Assembly (NCBI GenBank): GCA_049515895.1
Contig: JBEKTQ010000023.1
Location: forward strand, 1 to 64,000
Origin: Candidatus Bathyarchaeia archaeon
GTDB taxonomy: Archaea > Thermoproteota > Bathyarchaeia > Bathyarchaeales > Bathycorpusculaceae
Length of the DNA stretch: 64,000 nt
Direction: 5' to 3'
Shown here piece after piece: positions 10,208 to 19,011 of the stretch; within the stretch, counting starts at the first letter, position 1, and every line of letters begins with the position of its first letter. The notes under the pieces were generated by a model, which saw nothing but the letters and a program-made list of their open reading frames with translations, searched no databases and had not been told where the DNA came from. A program made the translations under genes and the position numbers.

Positions 10208-10693
10208 TCAACCCAGTTTGTAACCGATTTTCCGCACAAACCCTCGTCTCTCTGCAACATCAGCGTCGGTTTCTATTCCTTTGCTTTTTTGGCCGTCGAC
10301 AACCCCGATGATGCCTCTGCCCTGAGCGGTCTCAGCTATCAGCACTTCCAGCTGGTTAGCAGTAGCGGCGTAAACCGTGCATACCTCTGGCACTTTTTTG
10401 ATTTTGTCAAGAACGTTGAGCGGGTAGGCGTTTTTTAGGTAAATTAGGAAACTGTGGCCACAGCCGATTTCAAGGGCTTTCTCCGTTGCCATTCGGCGAA
10501 GTTCCTCGTTGTTTCCTTCGTGCCTGACCAAGCATGGTCCGGAACTTTCGCAGAAACCTAAGCCGAACTGTATGTTGGGTACAGAGTTAACTAACGCCTC
10601 GTAGAGGTCTTCAGCCGTCTTTATGAAGTGAGCCATACCCAGGATTACGTTGCAGTCTTTAGGCGGATCAATTTTGACAACAGTGAACTCCAA
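10208..10693 (-). CDS. Adenosine-specific kinase-like protein (DUF355/COG1839)
   Basis: [38 protein letters not shown]. Confidence 0.85.
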   Translation of the reverse strand: MEFTVVKIDPPKDCNVILGMAHFIKTAEDLYEALVNSVPNIQFGLGFCESSGPCLVRHEGNNEELRRMATEKALEIGCGHSFLIYLKNAYPLNVLDKIKKVPEVCTVYAATANQLEVLIAETAQGRGIIGVVDGQKSKGIETDADVAERRGFVRKIGYKLG

Positions 10694-11065
10694 CTCTTAG
10701 CCTCCTTGTCTAAGAAGTAAAACTGTTCTTTGGAAATATAACTTATGCTGAAAACAAGACGTAGGCTGCTGAGTCGTTGAGGTGGCATTGTTGTTTTGAG
10801 TTTTAAGTTTAATTGAACTTGCAGGTTCAAAAAGCTGTTTTATTTCCGCGGAAACATGGTTGGGTTGGGCTTGAAATTGGAAAAAATGCGTGAAAACGGC
10901 TTTTAGGGGTTGGATATTTTGAACTATTTTGATGTTGAGGCGGATCTTGATTGAACCAACTGTATGACAAAAAAGTGCGTTGGTCGGGGTTGCCTTGGGA
11001 GCAGCTATGGGAAGGTGTTTTGGAGGTTCCTCAAAAGTTGCTTGTAAGCTGGCGTATACCAGTGT

Positions 11066-11224
11066 TTAGTTCAGTTGAACTTTCTTGCCAATCTCATGTA
11101 AAGACATGGCATCAGACGTTATCAAGTTAGGAGTCCAATGGAAGAGCTCTCGGCGGCTAACTTTCCCTTTTGCAATAAGAAGATGCAGTTTGTTGGTGAC
11201 GGCTACTTCGAAACCCTCCTCCAT
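11066..11224 (-). CDS. Small hypothetical protein (52 aa), divergent from tRNA-Ala
   Basis: Hand-translated MEEGFEVAVTNKLHLLIAKGKVSRRELFHWTPNLITSDAMSLHEIGKKVQLN; GAGG upstream; below ORF-track cutoff. Confidence 0.4.
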   Translation of the reverse strand: MEEGFEVAVTNKLHLLIAKGKVSRRELFHWTPNLITSDAMSLHEIGKKVQLN

Positions 11225-11310
11225 CTATGCCTCGATATGTGCTTGCCGGAGTTTTTGTTGCGAACAAAAGCTAAATATTATTGATCAGTTAGTTCTTGGG
11301 GAAAGAGCAA

Positions 11311-11387
11311 GGGCCGGTAGTTCAGCTGGTATGAACGCTTGACTTGCACTCAAGAGGTCGGGGGTTCAAATCCCCCCCGGTCCACCA
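11311..11387 (+). tRNA. tRNA-Ala(UGC), intronless, encoded CCA
   Basis: Cloverleaf GGGCCGG/CCGGTCC with G3:U70 Ala identity pair, anticodon arm CTTGA-CTTGCAC-TCAAG, T-arm GGGGG-TTCAAAT-CCCCC. Confidence 0.96.
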
Positions 11388-11433
11388 AAAAACCTTTATT
11401 CTCCCAAAACTACTCATTTTCTGGTGATTTAAC

Positions 11434-11667
11434 TTGGAAGTGGAGGTTAAGGGTGTCGACGAGCAGGGACGCATCATATTACCGAAGGTCTGGCGTGAAA
11501 AATACCTCAAGAACAAGAAGGCTATCGTCTCAGCCAAAGGCGACACCATCGAAATCAAGCCTTATTCCGCGGTTGACCTCACCGAATACTTCGATAAAAT
11601 GGACGTAGACTTAAAGGCAGACCTCGCAGATTGGCACAAAGTCCGCAAAGAACTAAGAGGCAAATGA
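11434..11667 (+). CDS. AbrB/MazE-family antitoxin
   Basis: VDEQGRIILPKVWRE swapped-hairpin signature; directly upstream of a PIN gene. Confidence 0.85.
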   Translation: MEVEVKGVDEQGRIILPKVWREKYLKNKKAIVSAKGDTIEIKPYSAVDLTEYFDKMDVDLKADLADWHKVRKELRGK

Positions 11668-11668
11668 A

Positions 11669-12094
11669 GTGTCCCAAGCCTACGTCGACGCGAACGTGTT
11701 CATTTATGCTTTTCTTAAAACTAAAAGGCAACTGCAACCAAACGAGTTAGAAATAAAGCAAGCAGCCAAAAATATTGTTACCAGAATCAGCAAAGGAGAA
11801 AAAGTAATCACATCCGTTGTCCACTTTAGCGAAGTCTGCAACGTTTTAGAAGACCACCTCCCGTCTGAAGAAGCGATTCTATTAGAAAAGGGGTTGCTGT
11901 ATCGAGAAAACGTTTCAATCTGTGAAGTAGCCCAAGAGGATTACATTAAAGCCGTATCCATAGCGGAAGACCATAATGTGGGCGTTAACGATGCATTGGC
12001 TTACGTACTCATGAAAGAACAAGCCATACAGGCAATCTACTCTTTTGACAAAGACTTCGATGCATTTACTGATATCCGCCGAATAATTGAGTAA
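11669..12094 (+). CDS. vapC: VapC-type PIN-domain toxin
   Basis: YVDANVFIY, E at SEV, VNDAL, IYSFDKDFD acidic catalytic residues. Confidence 0.9.
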   Translation: MSQAYVDANVFIYAFLKTKRQLQPNELEIKQAAKNIVTRISKGEKVITSVVHFSEVCNVLEDHLPSEEAILLEKGLLYRENVSICEVAQEDYIKAVSIAEDHNVGVNDALAYVLMKEQAIQAIYSFDKDFDAFTDIRRIIE

Positions 12095-12120
12095 AGAAAT
12101 CTTTCAAGACCGATATTTGA

Positions 12121-12188
12121 GTAATCCAGTCGGTTGAACGCTTGACTTGCACTCAAGAGGTCGGGGGTTCAAATCCCCCGGTCCATCA
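12121..12188 (+). repeat. Partial tRNA-Ala duplicate (attR-like)
   Basis: 12135-12185 identical to tRNA 11332-11384 except 2 C missing in the C-run; degenerate 5' part GTAATCCAGTCGGT. Confidence 0.9.
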
Positions 12189-12266
12189 AAAAGCACGCCT
12201 TTACACGTCAACTCTCCGCCTAGCCCCCGCTCCCAAACGTGAATTTTGAATAGTCGGCGCCAACAG

Positions 12267-12761
12267 TTATTTTATTTTGAATTCGAGGTTAAGCATTTCA
12301 CCTTTCTTGAAGCCCATCGTATTATAGAACTGCAACAAATCCCAATCGTTCCAGTTGGCTAAAGTGTAAATTACATTTACACCCTCTACCTTCGCTTTTC
12401 CCGTGTCCATCGTTTCAGTTCCTTCTTCACAGCCACTTCGCCTAAAAATGTCGATCAACGCCAAAAACATTGTTCTGCCTATGCCGCTGCGTTGGTACGT
12501 TGGATCAACTGCCAAAGTGTCAATCCACCCAACACAATCGGGCACACCAAATTCCCATCCGCTCACGTAGCCCAATATGAAACCTACCACTTTCCCCTCG
12601 AGTTCGGCAACTAAAGCAGGACGCGGAAAAATGCCTGAATACGCTATTTTTCTTTTCCAAAAAGCTCGCCTTTCCTTTCCAAGTATTCTCTCATCGATCC
12701 CGACTATAGCGTCAAGGTCACTCTCGTCCAAAGCCCTAATCTTCACCTTTTCAAGAGCCAT
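12267..12761 (-). CDS. GNAT family N-acetyltransferase
   Basis: LVAELEGKVVGF, LAVDPTYQRSGIGR motif A, FYNTMGF. Confidence 0.88.
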   Translation of the reverse strand: MALEKVKIRALDESDLDAIVGIDERILGKERRAFWKRKIAYSGIFPRPALVAELEGKVVGFILGYVSGWEFGVPDCVGWIDTLAVDPTYQRSGIGRTMFLALIDIFRRSGCEEGTETMDTGKAKVEGVNVIYTLANWNDWDLLQFYNTMGFKKGEMLNLEFKIK

Positions 12762-13024
12762 CGAAAAATCGCCAATTAACAATTACGGCCATTTGAGTTA
12801 AATTCTTTTGCCTCAAAATGATGCTCTTACCGAGAGAGAGCGGCGCTATATCCCATCCTCAAAAAAGCGTTACTACCCGGCTAACTTAGAAGGAGGGAGT
12901 CTCCTCAATCAAGCTGCACGTGCTCTTACAGTGCTGAAAATTTCTTTTCTCAACTCTTCAGCGGACAATCCCTGTTTTATCCTGTTCAATTGTTCCGCAA
13001 CTACAAAAAAAGAAAGAAGAAAAA

Positions 13025-13435
13025 TCAGAGTGCTCGCATTCGATTGTTCCTTGGGTTATGTTCAACTTCGGCTAGTCCCAGTGCTTCTAAGATTGGCGGT
13101 ATATAGTTTGCAAATCGACCGCGTAAGCCCTTTTTGAGGCCGTACCATCCTCCCACAGGGTTTTTCGGTGACCTACCCCAGGCTTCAACGGTTCCTTCCT
13201 CAGCTGGCTTCTGTTCATCCGCACTGCCAAGCGGCATCCAATCTCCTTTAGCCTTCAACATCTTATGCAGATCGTCAATACAACGAAGTTGATATCTAAG
13301 TTCTGACTTGCCAACCCACACAACGACTACTGGCGGGTCAGCAGCCTCATCTTTGTAGGCCTTGAACTCAGAAGTTCCGGGCGGAGTTTTCAGCATCCAA
13401 GGATCATCTTTTGTTCCTTTTCCTTTAGTTGGCAA
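13025..13435 (-). CDS. Conserved hypothetical protein (DUF6855-like)
   Basis: GTKDDPW.LKTPPG, LGSADEQK, NPVGGWYGLKKGLRGRF. Confidence 0.7.
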   Translation of the reverse strand: MPTKGKGTKDDPWMLKTPPGTSEFKAYKDEAADPPVVVVWVGKSELRYQLRCIDDLHKMLKAKGDWMPLGSADEQKPAEEGTVEAWGRSPKNPVGGWYGLKKGLRGRFANYIPPILEALGLAEVEHNPRNNRMRAL

Positions 13436-13613
13436 AAAATCACCTGATAAAAGAATTGATTAAAGCGAATTTCAGCTTTTCGGTTATGTTTGAATGACCG
13501 CAATTTGAGAAAGCCCGCAGCAGAAGGTTAGAAGGTCAACAGTCGCCCAGGGGCTCCAAGTCCCAGCGGACACCAAGGGTCTTGAAACTAAAGTACAGAA
13601 GATAAAACCAACG

Positions 13614-13674
13614 AAAAAGGAGGGATATGCGGGTGGCATCTCCACTCAGAGCGAGGTTCAAATCCCCCGGTCCA
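13614..13674 (+). repeat. attR-like site: conserved arm plus tRNA-Ala 3' end
   Basis: GGGATATGCGGGTGGCATCTCCACTCAGAGC + GGTTCAAATCCCCCGGTCCA; arm near-identical to 19796-19856. Confidence 0.85.
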
Positions 13675-13715
13675 TTAGAATAACTCCCGGTCATTTTGGT
13701 GACGCTTGGACTGAA

Positions 13716-13820
13716 TTACTTTCTTTTTCTGAATAGCTTGTTGTCACCGAAGTCACAGACGAATTCAAAGCCCGCCTCAATGAGTTGCCAAGCTTCTTGT
13801 TCGGTGAGAGCTACCTTGGC
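13716..13820 (-). pseudogene. C-terminal remnant of a tyrosine integrase
   Basis: Hand-translated AKVALTEQEAWQLIEAGFEFVCDFGDNKLFRKRK*, resembling the C-terminus of Bathyarchaeia site-specific integrases; ends about 40 bp from an att-like site. Confidence 0.7.
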
Positions 13821-13821
13821 A

Positions 13822-14003
13822 CCAAGGCCTTCCGCGGATCGACTCGCATAGAGATAGTCTTTTTGATATTTTATTTTGTTATTTTATATGTTCTGATGAT
13901 AAGGTAAACCGAGAAGGCCTTTCCTGTTATACCCGCCAGATTTTGGAAGACCTTAAGCACGCCGAGATCAACGTACATTGCGAGGGCAAAGGCTGTCGCC
14001 GCA
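13822..14003 (+). repeat. Palindromic repeat copy A (13822-13954) plus truncated start of another copy (13969-14003)
   Basis: CAAGGCCTTCC...ATTTTATATGTTCTGATGATAAGGTAAA...TTTTGGAAGACCTT, then CAACGTACATTGCGAGGGCAAAGG. Confidence 0.85.
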
Positions 14004-14025
14004 GTTTAAGCCCAAAATAAAATAG

Positions 14026-14313
14026 TTACTCATAATGAATAACATTTTGGGGCCTACGATGAATCTTGTGATCTTTAGTCGGCGCAGTATTTTTTGCTAT
14101 AAGCATTGCTGAAATTACGGCATCTGTATAATCATCCATTTCGTTCTGAGGCCAAAAGTCAGCTGATTCAAACAATCTATCTTGTGACTGCAATGCGCCT
14201 TGTGCGAGAAACCCGATAAGCTTTGTAGCGTTATCTTGAGTAATCCCGCGAATTATTAATTGTCCAGTTTGCTTTTTTTGCAATTTTGTTTTGCTCATCC
14301 TTATCACTTTCAA
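14026..14313 (-). CDS. Hypothetical protein
   Basis: 95-aa ORF between repeat copies; no recognised motif. Confidence 0.5.
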   Translation of the reverse strand: MKVIRMSKTKLQKKQTGQLIIRGITQDNATKLIGFLAQGALQSQDRLFESADFWPQNEMDDYTDAVISAMLIAKNTAPTKDHKIHRRPQNVIHYE

Positions 14314-14412
14314 GACTGATGCTCGACTTATTCTTTTGTACTTATACCCACTTTAGTTTAAAAAATAGCACTTATATGCACCGCAAAAAATTAGAACGCT
14401 CAAAAGGCTGTT

Positions 14413-14566
14413 CAATGTGCATTGCGGGGGCAAAGGCCTGTCGCGAAACGGGCGCCATAGGATAAGCCAACCCCAAGATTATTTATTGCATTTTATATGT
14501 TCTGGTGATAAGATAAATCATAAAGACCTTCTTCCCTCTATGAGGTAAATTTTTGGAAGCCCTTGG
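14413..14566 (+). repeat. Palindromic repeat copy B
   Basis: CAATGTGCATTG..GGCAAAGGCC..CATAG..TTTTATATGTTCTGGTGATAAGATAAAT..CTATG..TTTTGGAAGCCCTTGG. Confidence 0.9.
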
Positions 14567-14573
14567 TAGCGGT

Positions 14574-14873
14574 TTAGCGCATGCGAATGCTCTTAAAGGC
14601 GTGTTTGTGGGATTTGAGTACTACGGAGATTATGGTGCTTTGGACGCCTTTGATTTTCATGATTTTCTTATGCAAGACGTTGCGGAACTCTTCTATGCTC
14701 GAAGCCGAAACTATGGAAACAATGTCAAATTCGCCTTTAACGTCATAAATCTCTTCGATATTTTCAACCTTTTCGAGGGCATCTATGACTTGCGCTTTCT
14801 GAGGCGGATCAACAAAAATGTTAACTGAGGCCTCAAACCGACCTTGAATATTACTGGACTCCATATTGGTCAT
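14574..14873 (-). CDS. Lrp/AsnC ligand-binding (RAM) domain protein
   Basis: IEEIYDVKGEFDIV...IMKIKGVQST. Confidence 0.8.
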   Translation of the reverse strand: MTNMESSNIQGRFEASVNIFVDPPQKAQVIDALEKVENIEEIYDVKGEFDIVSIVSASSIEEFRNVLHKKIMKIKGVQSTIISVVLKSHKHAFKSIRMR

Positions 14874-15171
14874 TAAAAACAGTTAAGCGGGTCAGGCAGC
14901 TTTTAGGCATTTTTGAGAACTGAGGCGGGCTATTTTGCAAAGCGGAGCGGGCTAAAAGGCTTATCAATCGATAGCAAGAATTATAAAATTCCAGAAGCAT
15001 CGATGTCGGTTCTTCCAAGTCTTTGAGGGCTTTGGATTAATGTCAAAAGTTAAGGGATTGAACGTAAGCTCTGCATTTTTGACACGTGTCATAGGAATTG
15101 ACAAATTAGTAAAGTGTATTTCGCAACAACACTTATTTCCAGTTTGGCTGCACTCACCAATTGGATGTGCC

Positions 15172-15321
15172 ATGCCTAAGAGAATTAGAGCAGTTACATT
15201 CGTCATGTTACCTTTTGCCGTTTTCGCATGGGTGATTGGATGGACCATGTGTTTAGCAGGCGAAAAAAAGGTAACCCGGCAAAACAAAAAATCCCTCACA
15301 GTACATATTGTTCAAAATTGA
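15172..15321 (+). CDS. Small membrane protein (49 aa)
   Basis: MPKRIRAVTFVMLPFAVFAWVIGW single TM helix. Confidence 0.4.
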   Translation: MPKRIRAVTFVMLPFAVFAWVIGWTMCLAGEKKVTRQNKKSLTVHIVQN

Positions 15322-15521
15322 AGTTGTACCACGCGCTGTGCAGGTTTAAAGCTGACAGTTTAGCTGAAGGCTTGAATAGTCTCTTCGCCCGCGCTCAAAA
15401 TCAAAACTTCAGTTATGGCGCTTTCCCTCCATAGAATTGGGCTTTCAGACAAAACTAGTCTTACGTTAATTCATAAACTCTTTATATTACTACTAATTCT
15501 AATTTTGGTTAGCTGTTCGCT

Positions 15522-15827
15522 ATGAATCGATCTAAGCTTGAGCGATACACTATTAGACGATCTAAGCTAGAAATGTACCTTGACCTTCTCAAAGTTTTAG
15601 CTCAGCGCGATCCGCTGAAGCTCACCCATATTATGCATATGACTAACCTTAATTGCAGCGTGTCGAAAAAGTACCTTGACTTCTTGACTCTGCAGGGGCT
15701 GGTTGAAGAGAAGATCATTGGAAGAGAAAGAATAGTCTATGCGATCACCCAGCGTGGCGTGACAGTGCTTAAGCAGCTCAGAGAACTCAAAGAAGTGCTC
15801 CCCATCGTTGAAGAAACAGAAAACTGA
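15522..15827 (+). CDS. Winged-helix transcriptional regulator (ArnR1/HTH_45-like)
   Basis: RRSKLEMYLDLLKVL, THIM...NLN, YLDFL..QGLV, YAITQRG. Confidence 0.85.
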   Translation: MNRSKLERYTIRRSKLEMYLDLLKVLAQRDPLKLTHIMHMTNLNCSVSKKYLDFLTLQGLVEEKIIGRERIVYAITQRGVTVLKQLRELKEVLPIVEETEN

Positions 15828-15951
15828 GCAGCGCACGCGCTCCTCTTTTTGATAAATATGAATTTCAAATTCATAAATACTATAAGTAGCCTCGATAAAT
15901 ATTTGTCATAAACACGTTTCTACACAACTAACTTGGAGGTGGGAACGAAGA

Positions 15952-16479
15952 ATGAGCGAAGTTATTCTGGAAAAGTCAAACAATGCAAAAAGGAAAACCT
16001 GTTTAATTGGACACCCAGACACTACTCGAACACATACTCATTGGCCCGTGGCTTTTTCTTATCCAGAGGATTTAACAAATGCCTACCTGTTGGAAAACAA
16101 AAAGTCCGCGGTTTTGAAGAGACTTGAGCATGCTCATGAAAAGCTGAAGGACGCTCGCGAAGAGATTAATGAGGCTGTTTTGGCGGCACTAGAAATGAAG
16201 GAAGCTCGCGACGATATCGCGGACCAGATGACAGCCGCAATAGTGGCGCGAGGCGCTATCAGAAATGCCGAGATTACACTGAGTCAAGCTCAAACAAAGA
16301 TAGAACACCTCAATTTTGAGCACAGAAACGTGGACTCTAAACAAGCAAAGGAGGAAAAAATGGAATTACCGAAAAAAAACTTGAGCATTACTGCGGATTT
16401 TGTTATCGTGAAGGGTGTGTCTCTTGAAGAGAGACGTATAGAAGCGGAAAAACCGTTATACCTAGCAAGATATGAATAA
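15952..16479 (+). CDS. Hypothetical coiled-coil protein
   Basis: RBS GGAGG; heptad-rich central region. Confidence 0.55.
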   Translation: MSEVILEKSNNAKRKTCLIGHPDTTRTHTHWPVAFSYPEDLTNAYLLENKKSAVLKRLEHAHEKLKDAREEINEAVLAALEMKEARDDIADQMTAAIVARGAIRNAEITLSQAQTKIEHLNFEHRNVDSKQAKEEKMELPKKNLSITADFVIVKGVSLEERRIEAEKPLYLARYE

Positions 16480-16789
16480 TCAGGTAACACGAGCAGGTCT
16501 ATGCGTAACACCCTAATTTTCACTACAGATGCCACGCATTTGTTTTCTTCGCGGTATTTTCCCTCTTTTTTTATCAGCGCGCGGTTCCTCAGCCTAAATC
16601 CAGGAGATGCGTTAGAGGGGCGAATGGAAACAGCCGGAAACGAGCGCGTAGCCACAGTCAGAAAGGTCTGAAAGTTCCAAAAACCGCCCGAAAATCCGCA
16701 AGGGCAGAAATGTTGTCCCAAACCAAGGCTAGGCCAGTACGCTTGGCGCCCCGAAAAATTGCCGGAAAAAAAATCGGGCAAAATCGATA

Positions 16790-16938
16790 CAATGTACATT
16801 GCGAGCAAAGGTCCTCCGAAAACTGGTGGGTATAGAGTGGGTAAGTTTGAATTTATTTATTTGATTTTTAATGTTCTGATGATTAGATAATTTGTGGAAG
16901 GCCTTTTCCTCTATGGGCTCCAGACTTTGAAAGGCCTT
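16790..16938 (+). repeat. Palindromic repeat copy C
   Basis: CAATGTACATTG..CAAAGGTCCTCC..TTTTTAATGTTCTGATGATTAGATAAT..CTATG..TTTGAAAGGCCTT. Confidence 0.88.
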
Positions 16939-17083
16939 ACGAACGAGTTACAGGGGCAAAGTTCCAATCCTTATTTGATAATACTGTTAATTCTGTTTAA
17001 CTTAAAAAGAAAAACCCCTATATCATAAATAAGCAGATGAGCTAAGTGCATGAAGCGGAAAGACTTCAAAGCTCAACCAAAGA

Positions 17084-17359
17084 ATGCAAGAGGCATTGGA
17101 GAGAAAGCAATTGGCATCATTAAAATGGACAACCGTTGACCCAGATGGAAGCCTCTTTTCAAGGGGAAAACACGATTACTATGCAATTCTCGTCCGAGGA
17201 ATCCCCGAAGAACATCCTAAAGACTGTATTGTAGAACTCTACGTGACGGATAAAGAAATGACAATTTTTGAGATTAAGGTCAGCGCAGTTAATGAAAAAA
17301 TTGAGCTATTATCTATACCTTACGATAAAGCAAGGGGACACCTATTATTGCCTTTGTGA
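17084..17359 (+). CDS. Hypothetical protein
   Basis: 91-aa ATG ORF between repeat copies C and D. Confidence 0.55.
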   Translation: MQEALERKQLASLKWTTVDPDGSLFSRGKHDYYAILVRGIPEEHPKDCIVELYVTDKEMTIFEIKVSAVNEKIELLSIPYDKARGHLLLPL

Positions 17360-17572
17360 CAGTTGAAATCTATTTCACAAACGCCGTACTCTGATTGCGG
17401 CAAAGACCTTGAAGAATTCAAGCGGGGAGGTTAGAGTTTGCGGAACTGCGTGAAGACGGCGAACCATCCAACAGTTCCCTCTGAACCTGCCCAATCAAGC
17501 AAACGATTTACTTTTTTTAAACCTTATGCATTCAAGATACATAAAAATCGCCGAAGCGCAAACTTGCCCGGT

Positions 17573-17726
17573 CATTGTACATTGTTTGGGGCCAAAGGCC
17601 TGTCTCCGATTGAAGCCTTTAGGATAAGTCAAATCAAAATTTATTTTATTCATTTTTAATGTTCTGATGGCAAGGTAAATTCAGGCAGGCCCCATTCTAT
17701 GGGGGTAAATTTTTGGCAGACCTTGG
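17573..17726 (+). repeat. Palindromic repeat copy D
   Basis: CATTGTACATTG..CAAAGGCC..TTTTTAATGTTCTGATGGCAAGGTAAAT..CTATGGGGGTAAATTTTTGGCAGACCTTGG. Confidence 0.9.
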
Positions 17727-17768
17727 TACGGTCGTATGCCTCTTTCACTGCAATATTCCCATGCATAT

Positions 17769-17804
17769 TACGCACTTAAACGCATACACTTATAAGTGCG
17801 TATG
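17769..17804. promoter_or_regulatory. Palindromic operator/promoter upstream of the RHH pseudogene
   Basis: TACGCACTTA...CACTTATAAGTGCGTA with a perfect 12-bp palindrome CACTTATAAGTG overlapping TTATAA. Confidence 0.5.
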
Positions 17805-17934
17805 TACATGTATGCTAATGTGAATAAGTGAAATCGAAGGGACAAAAGATGAAACAAATAAGAACCGAATACAAAAGTTGGCTACTCACTTATTTCAAAA
17901 ACATGTAACCAGCAAAAAAAACAGGTGACTAAAA

Positions 17935-18077
17935 TTGGACCGCATCAACGTTGACATTTCAGACGAAATAGACAAACAGCTCAGACTAAAAACCGTAGAA
18001 AGATTCGGAGGCAAAAAGGCGACTTATCCAAAGCTGTCCAAGAAGCGGTAAAAACATGGATCGACAAAAAACAATGA
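17935..18077 (+). pseudogene. Ribbon-helix-helix (CopG-like) gene with 1-nt frameshift
   Basis: MDRINVDISDEIDKQLRLKTVERFGGK / GDLSKAVQEAVKTWIDKKQ*; adding one A in GGCAAAAAGG restores the frame. Confidence 0.7.
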
Positions 18078-18234
18078 AGCCGTCCCTCTTCAAATCCCAA
18101 TAACTATCTTATAAGAAGCCTATGCAAAAGGCCAGGGAAGCCAGTTAGCCTGGAACTCCTCGCATGAGGATTATGGGCAATCTAACTGCAAAACCCCTTT
18201 ATAGAAAAGTTTCAATCTGCTGCGTTATCCTATG

Positions 18235-18389
18235 CAATGTACATTGTGTTGGGCAAAGGTCTTCCACGAATTGGCAGCCATAGTATAAGTCAACCTACGT
18301 TTTGTTTATTGTATTTTATATGTTCTGATGATAAGGTAAAACCTGAAAAGCCTTTTCCTCTATGGGGGTAAAATTTTGGAAGACCTTGG
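18235..18389 (+). repeat. Palindromic repeat copy E (best preserved)
   Basis: CAATGTACATTG; AAGGTCTTCCA..CCATAG inverted to CTATGG..TGGAAGACCTT; core TTTTATATGTTCTGATGATAAGGTAAAA. Confidence 0.92.
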
Positions 18390-18472
18390 CTGGCCTTCCA
18401 GATGCTAGAAAATTTGGGCAGCCAAAACCATTTTAACCATCTTATCTTTGATATTAATCAGAGGTTGTCAAC

Positions 18473-18811
18473 TTGGCTAGCTGCAATGCAGAAACTGCGC
18501 AGAAAATCCTCAGCACAGTTCCGTACGCCCAGGGTTTCCACTTCTTCATGCCGGACGGCCATTATACAGGCGAAACAGCAATGTCTCTCTGCTCTTTCCT
18601 AAGAGACCTGGGAAGGTTAGACGGGCAATCAATCAAGTTCCATTTCGAGCGCACCGACTTTCAAAAGTGGATAAGAACCACAATCGGGGATGAGGAACTT
18701 GCCCGTAGAATCGACAAATTGGGTAAAAAATTGCCAGAAGAAAGTTTGCCGCAACAGTTAACTGACATAGTGCAGAAACGAATTTCTGAACTGCAGTTGA
18801 CAGATACTTGA
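18473..18811 (+). CDS. DUF5752-like protein
   Basis: GFHFF...YTGETA.SL..F, SIKFHFER.DFQKWIRTTIGDEELA. Confidence 0.75.
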   Translation: MASCNAETAQKILSTVPYAQGFHFFMPDGHYTGETAMSLCSFLRDLGRLDGQSIKFHFERTDFQKWIRTTIGDEELARRIDKLGKKLPEESLPQQLTDIVQKRISELQLTDT

Positions 18812-19011
18812 GAACAAAAAGCCTGTGCCTATTTTGGAGGGGTTAAACAAAACATGCCAACCTGAGGATTCAGCTTTTCGAACAAACTCCGAGGTTCAAG
18901 AATAATCTGTTGACAGATGCAGGGTTTGCTGAGGCTCTGGAATATTTTTCCTTAGGAGAAAAGAACAAAATGCAAATGTCCTACACGAAAAAGGAATAGA
19001 CGTGGAGAGTT

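Noticed and set aside
12121-12188. Second functional tRNA-Ala
   Set aside because: Lacks the 5' acceptor strand, has a 2-nt deletion in the C-run, and ends TCA not CCA
16290-16808. 172-aa minus-strand ORF
   Set aside because: Overlaps a better plus-strand gene and starts inside repeat C; no recognisable domain
18320-18335. C/D-box sRNA suggested by CTGATGA in the repeat core
   Set aside because: CTGA and TGATGA overlap rather than bracketing guide regions, and are mutated in copies B and D
13822-18389. Canonical integron attC array or CRISPR
   Set aside because: No RYYYAAC/GTTRRRY boxes seen on either strand, no IntI, intervening genes in both orientations, and repeats and spacers far too long for CRISPR
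18250-18389. Replication origin (inverted ORBs around an AT-rich DUE)
   Set aside because: Arms share only TTCCA with the ORB consensus, the G-string is on the wrong strand, and no orc1/cdc6 gene is nearby
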